A stretch of DNA of 43,841 nt from positions 7,536 to 51,376 of the forward strand of contig DAINSJ010000001.1 of assembly GCA_036741375.1 (NCBI GenBank), read 5' to 3'. The notes below the pieces were generated by a model. The model saw nothing but the letters and a program-made list of their open reading frames with translations, was not told where the DNA came from and did not search any database. Shown here piece by piece: positions 42,507 through 43,841 of the stretch. A program made the translations under genes and the position numbers. Position 1 is the first letter of the stretch. Every line of letters starts with the position of its first letter. Source of the stretch: Candidatus Limnocylindrales bacterium (GTDB lineage Bacteria > Chloroflexota > Limnocylindria > Limnocylindrales > CSP1-4).

Positions 42507-43387
42507 GCGATCCCCAGGGCGCGCCGCGCCATCTCGAACGCCGTGTAGAGCAGGACCGCGACGAACAGGAATCGCAGGAGCCGGAGGTCGACCCGATGGG
42601 CCGTCCGCGAGCCCAGCGTGGCGCCGAGGAAGACGCCGACCACTGTCGGCCCCGCGACATGCGGATCGATACCGCCGCGGATCAGGTAGACGATCGCGCT
42701 CGTGGAGGCGGTGATTCCGATCATGAGGTTGCTGGTCGCCGTCGAGACACGCAGCGGAACGCCCATCACGAGGTGCATGACCGGCACCTTGACGATCCCG
42801 CCGCCGATCCCGAGCAGTGCGGAGACGACCCCCGCGAACACGCTGCCGACGGCACCGATTCGCAGATTGCGGACCCGGTAGCCGGGCCCCGACAGTCGAT
42901 CAATTGCCGTATTCGCGCCCGAGGCCGGCAGATCCGGGACCGCAACATCTTCCCCGGGCGAGGGCTCGATCCCATCGGGCGTGGTGGGCTCGAGCGCCTC
43001 TGGCACTGGTGTTTCCGTTGCGTCTCCGCGGGCCCGGCCGAGCATCGTCACGGCCACATAGGCGAGGAGGACCGCGAAGAGGCCGGCGATCATCCGTTCG
43101 TCGAGCAGGAATGCCACCGCGCCACCGACGACGGCCCCGGTCGCCGTGAAGAGCTCGAGCAGCATGCCGAGGCGCAGGTTCGCCACGTTCCGCTGCAGGT
43201 AGACGCTCGCGGATGCGCCGCTCGTCACGATCACGCAGACGAGCGACACGCCCACGGCCTCGCGGAGGTCCAGCCCGAACGCAAGCGTGAGCAGCGGCAC
43301 GATAAGGACCCCGCCGCCGAGCCCCAGGAGCGATCCGAAGACGCCCGTCGCCACGCCCCCGACGAGCATGAGCAGCCCGATTTCCAC
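42503..43387 (-). CDS. TauE/SafE family sulfite/anion exporter (DUF81)
   Basis: 294 aa with two halves, each carrying LLGxGGGxxxVP (GSLLGLGGGVLIVPLL and SALLGIGGGIVKVPVM). They are joined by a Pro/Glu-rich loop. Confidence 0.85.
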   Translation of the reverse strand: MEIGLLMLVGGVATGVFGSLLGLGGGVLIVPLLTLAFGLDLREAVGVSLVCVIVTSGASASVYLQRNVANLRLGMLLELFTATGAVVGGAVAFLLDERMIAGLFAVLLAYVAVTMLGRARGDATETPVPEALEPTTPDGIEPSPGEDVAVPDLPASGANTAIDRLSGPGYRVRNLRIGAVGSVFAGVVSALLGIGGGIVKVPVMHLVMGVPLRVSTATSNLMIGITASTSAIVYLIRGGIDPHVAGPTVVGVFLGATLGSRTAHRVDLRLLRFLFVAVLLYTAFEMARRALGIA

Positions 43388-43531
43388 CTCAGGGAAACGC
43401 TTTGAATCGACCGGGCGTCAGGCGAGCTCAGACCAAGGCGCCGCCGAGCACCGGAGCGAACGCACTTCAAACGTGCGTGAGCGACGGAGCGCAGGTGGCA
43501 ACGCGGGTCTGGGCCGCATCACGCGCGGTCG

Positions 43532-43801
43532 TTACGGGCGCAGGTGCTGCGGTGCGTACGGGAGCAGGGCTACGTGTCGCGCGCGCTTCAGCGCGACCGA
43601 GAGCTCGCGCTGGTGCCCGGCGCAGGTGCCGGTCTTGCGGCGCGGCTCGATCTTGGCCCGCTCCGAGAGGTAGCGGCGGAGGCGGTTGACCTCCTTGTAA
43701 TCGATCTGGACCGTCTTGTCGGCGCAGAACGCGCAGACCTTGCGGCGACGACGATCGCGATAGAAGTCGTCGCGCTTTCGGGAAGTGCGAGGTGGGGGCA
43801 T
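43532..43801 (-). CDS. rpsR: 30S ribosomal protein S18
   Basis: 89 aa. [62 protein letters not shown] is canonical S18, with AGGAG upstream. Confidence 0.95.
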   Translation of the reverse strand: MPPPRTSRKRDDFYRDRRRRKVCAFCADKTVQIDYKEVNRLRRYLSERAKIEPRRKTGTCAGHQRELSVALKRARHVALLPYAPQHLRP

Positions 43802-43815
43802 TCAGGTATCTCCTG

Positions 43816-43841
43816 TCAGAAGGGAAGGTCGTCGATCTCGG
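43816..43841 (-). CDS. ssb: Single-stranded DNA-binding protein, extreme C-terminus only
   Basis: The minus strand reads ...EIDDLPF-TGA (stop at 43816-43818), the hallmark acidic SSB tail. It sits immediately upstream of rpsR, as in the rpsF-ssb-rpsR synteny. Only 8 codons are visible. Confidence 0.6.

Noticed and set aside
43460-43478. Hairpin ACGCAC-N7-GTGCGT downstream of rpsR as an intrinsic terminator
   Set aside because: It has only a 6-bp stem and no U-tract on the minus-sense RNA. That is not strong enough to annotate as a terminator.
1-43841. Search for mobile elements, CRISPR arrays, tRNA/rRNA genes, and defence or toxin-antitoxin modules
   Set aside because: I found no direct-repeat arrays, no T-arm-like GGTTCGAATCC motifs outside coding frames, and no transposase, integrase or nuclease-NTPase signatures in any credible ORF. 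The window is core housekeeping DNA.

Overview
This is a roughly 70% GC bacterial chromosome segment made up almost entirely of housekeeping genes, nearly all on the minus strand. No tRNA, rRNA, CRISPR array, transposase, integrase, toxin-antitoxin or recognisable defence gene was found. Reading the minus strand from high to low coordinates gives these apparent units:

- ssb' - rpsR
- TauE/SafE - DUF1634 - CaCA antiporter
- ilvE
- ileS - lspA - rluD - gmk - priA
- repeat protein - def - fmt - rlmN - rpe - dtd
- yloU(Asp23) - yloV(DAK2/FakA-like) - recG - rsmD - coaD
- coiled-coil protein - yceD
- rpmF - plsX - Asp23 - nusB
- acpP - rnc - smc - ftsY - lipoprotein
- ffh - DUF3352-like - rpsP - KH - rimM - trmD
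- rplS, then rnhB, then yraN
- a gene-free 560-bp region
- rpsB - tsf'

Only rpmB and an LCP-family gene are on the plus strand. The gene order closely mirrors the Bacillus subtilis yloU...rnhB super-cluster despite the high GC. Many long ORFs in the six-frame track are GC artefacts or fusions of real genes with upstream open frame. I re-derived starts by hand, and they remain the least certain part of the annotation.

I did not find a clear novel multi-gene system. The observations most worth a second look are:

1. A lower-GC, hairpin-dense, gene-free region upstream of rpsB with mutually exclusive helices.
2. A 52% GC island plus an 11-mer-repeat protein inserted between priA and def.
3. Two conserved genes whose N-termini lie upstream of any ATG/GTG/TTG, implying ACG and CTG starts.
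4. A recurring TA(n)ACT-CCG -10 motif, leaderless arrangements, and two divergent promoter pairs with face-to-face overlapping -10 hexamers.
5. Two envelope protein genes embedded in the SRP/ribosomal operon.
6. An Rpe protein with an uncharacterised 85-aa C-terminal domain.

All family assignments come from my recognition of translated motifs and synteny. No database search was run.
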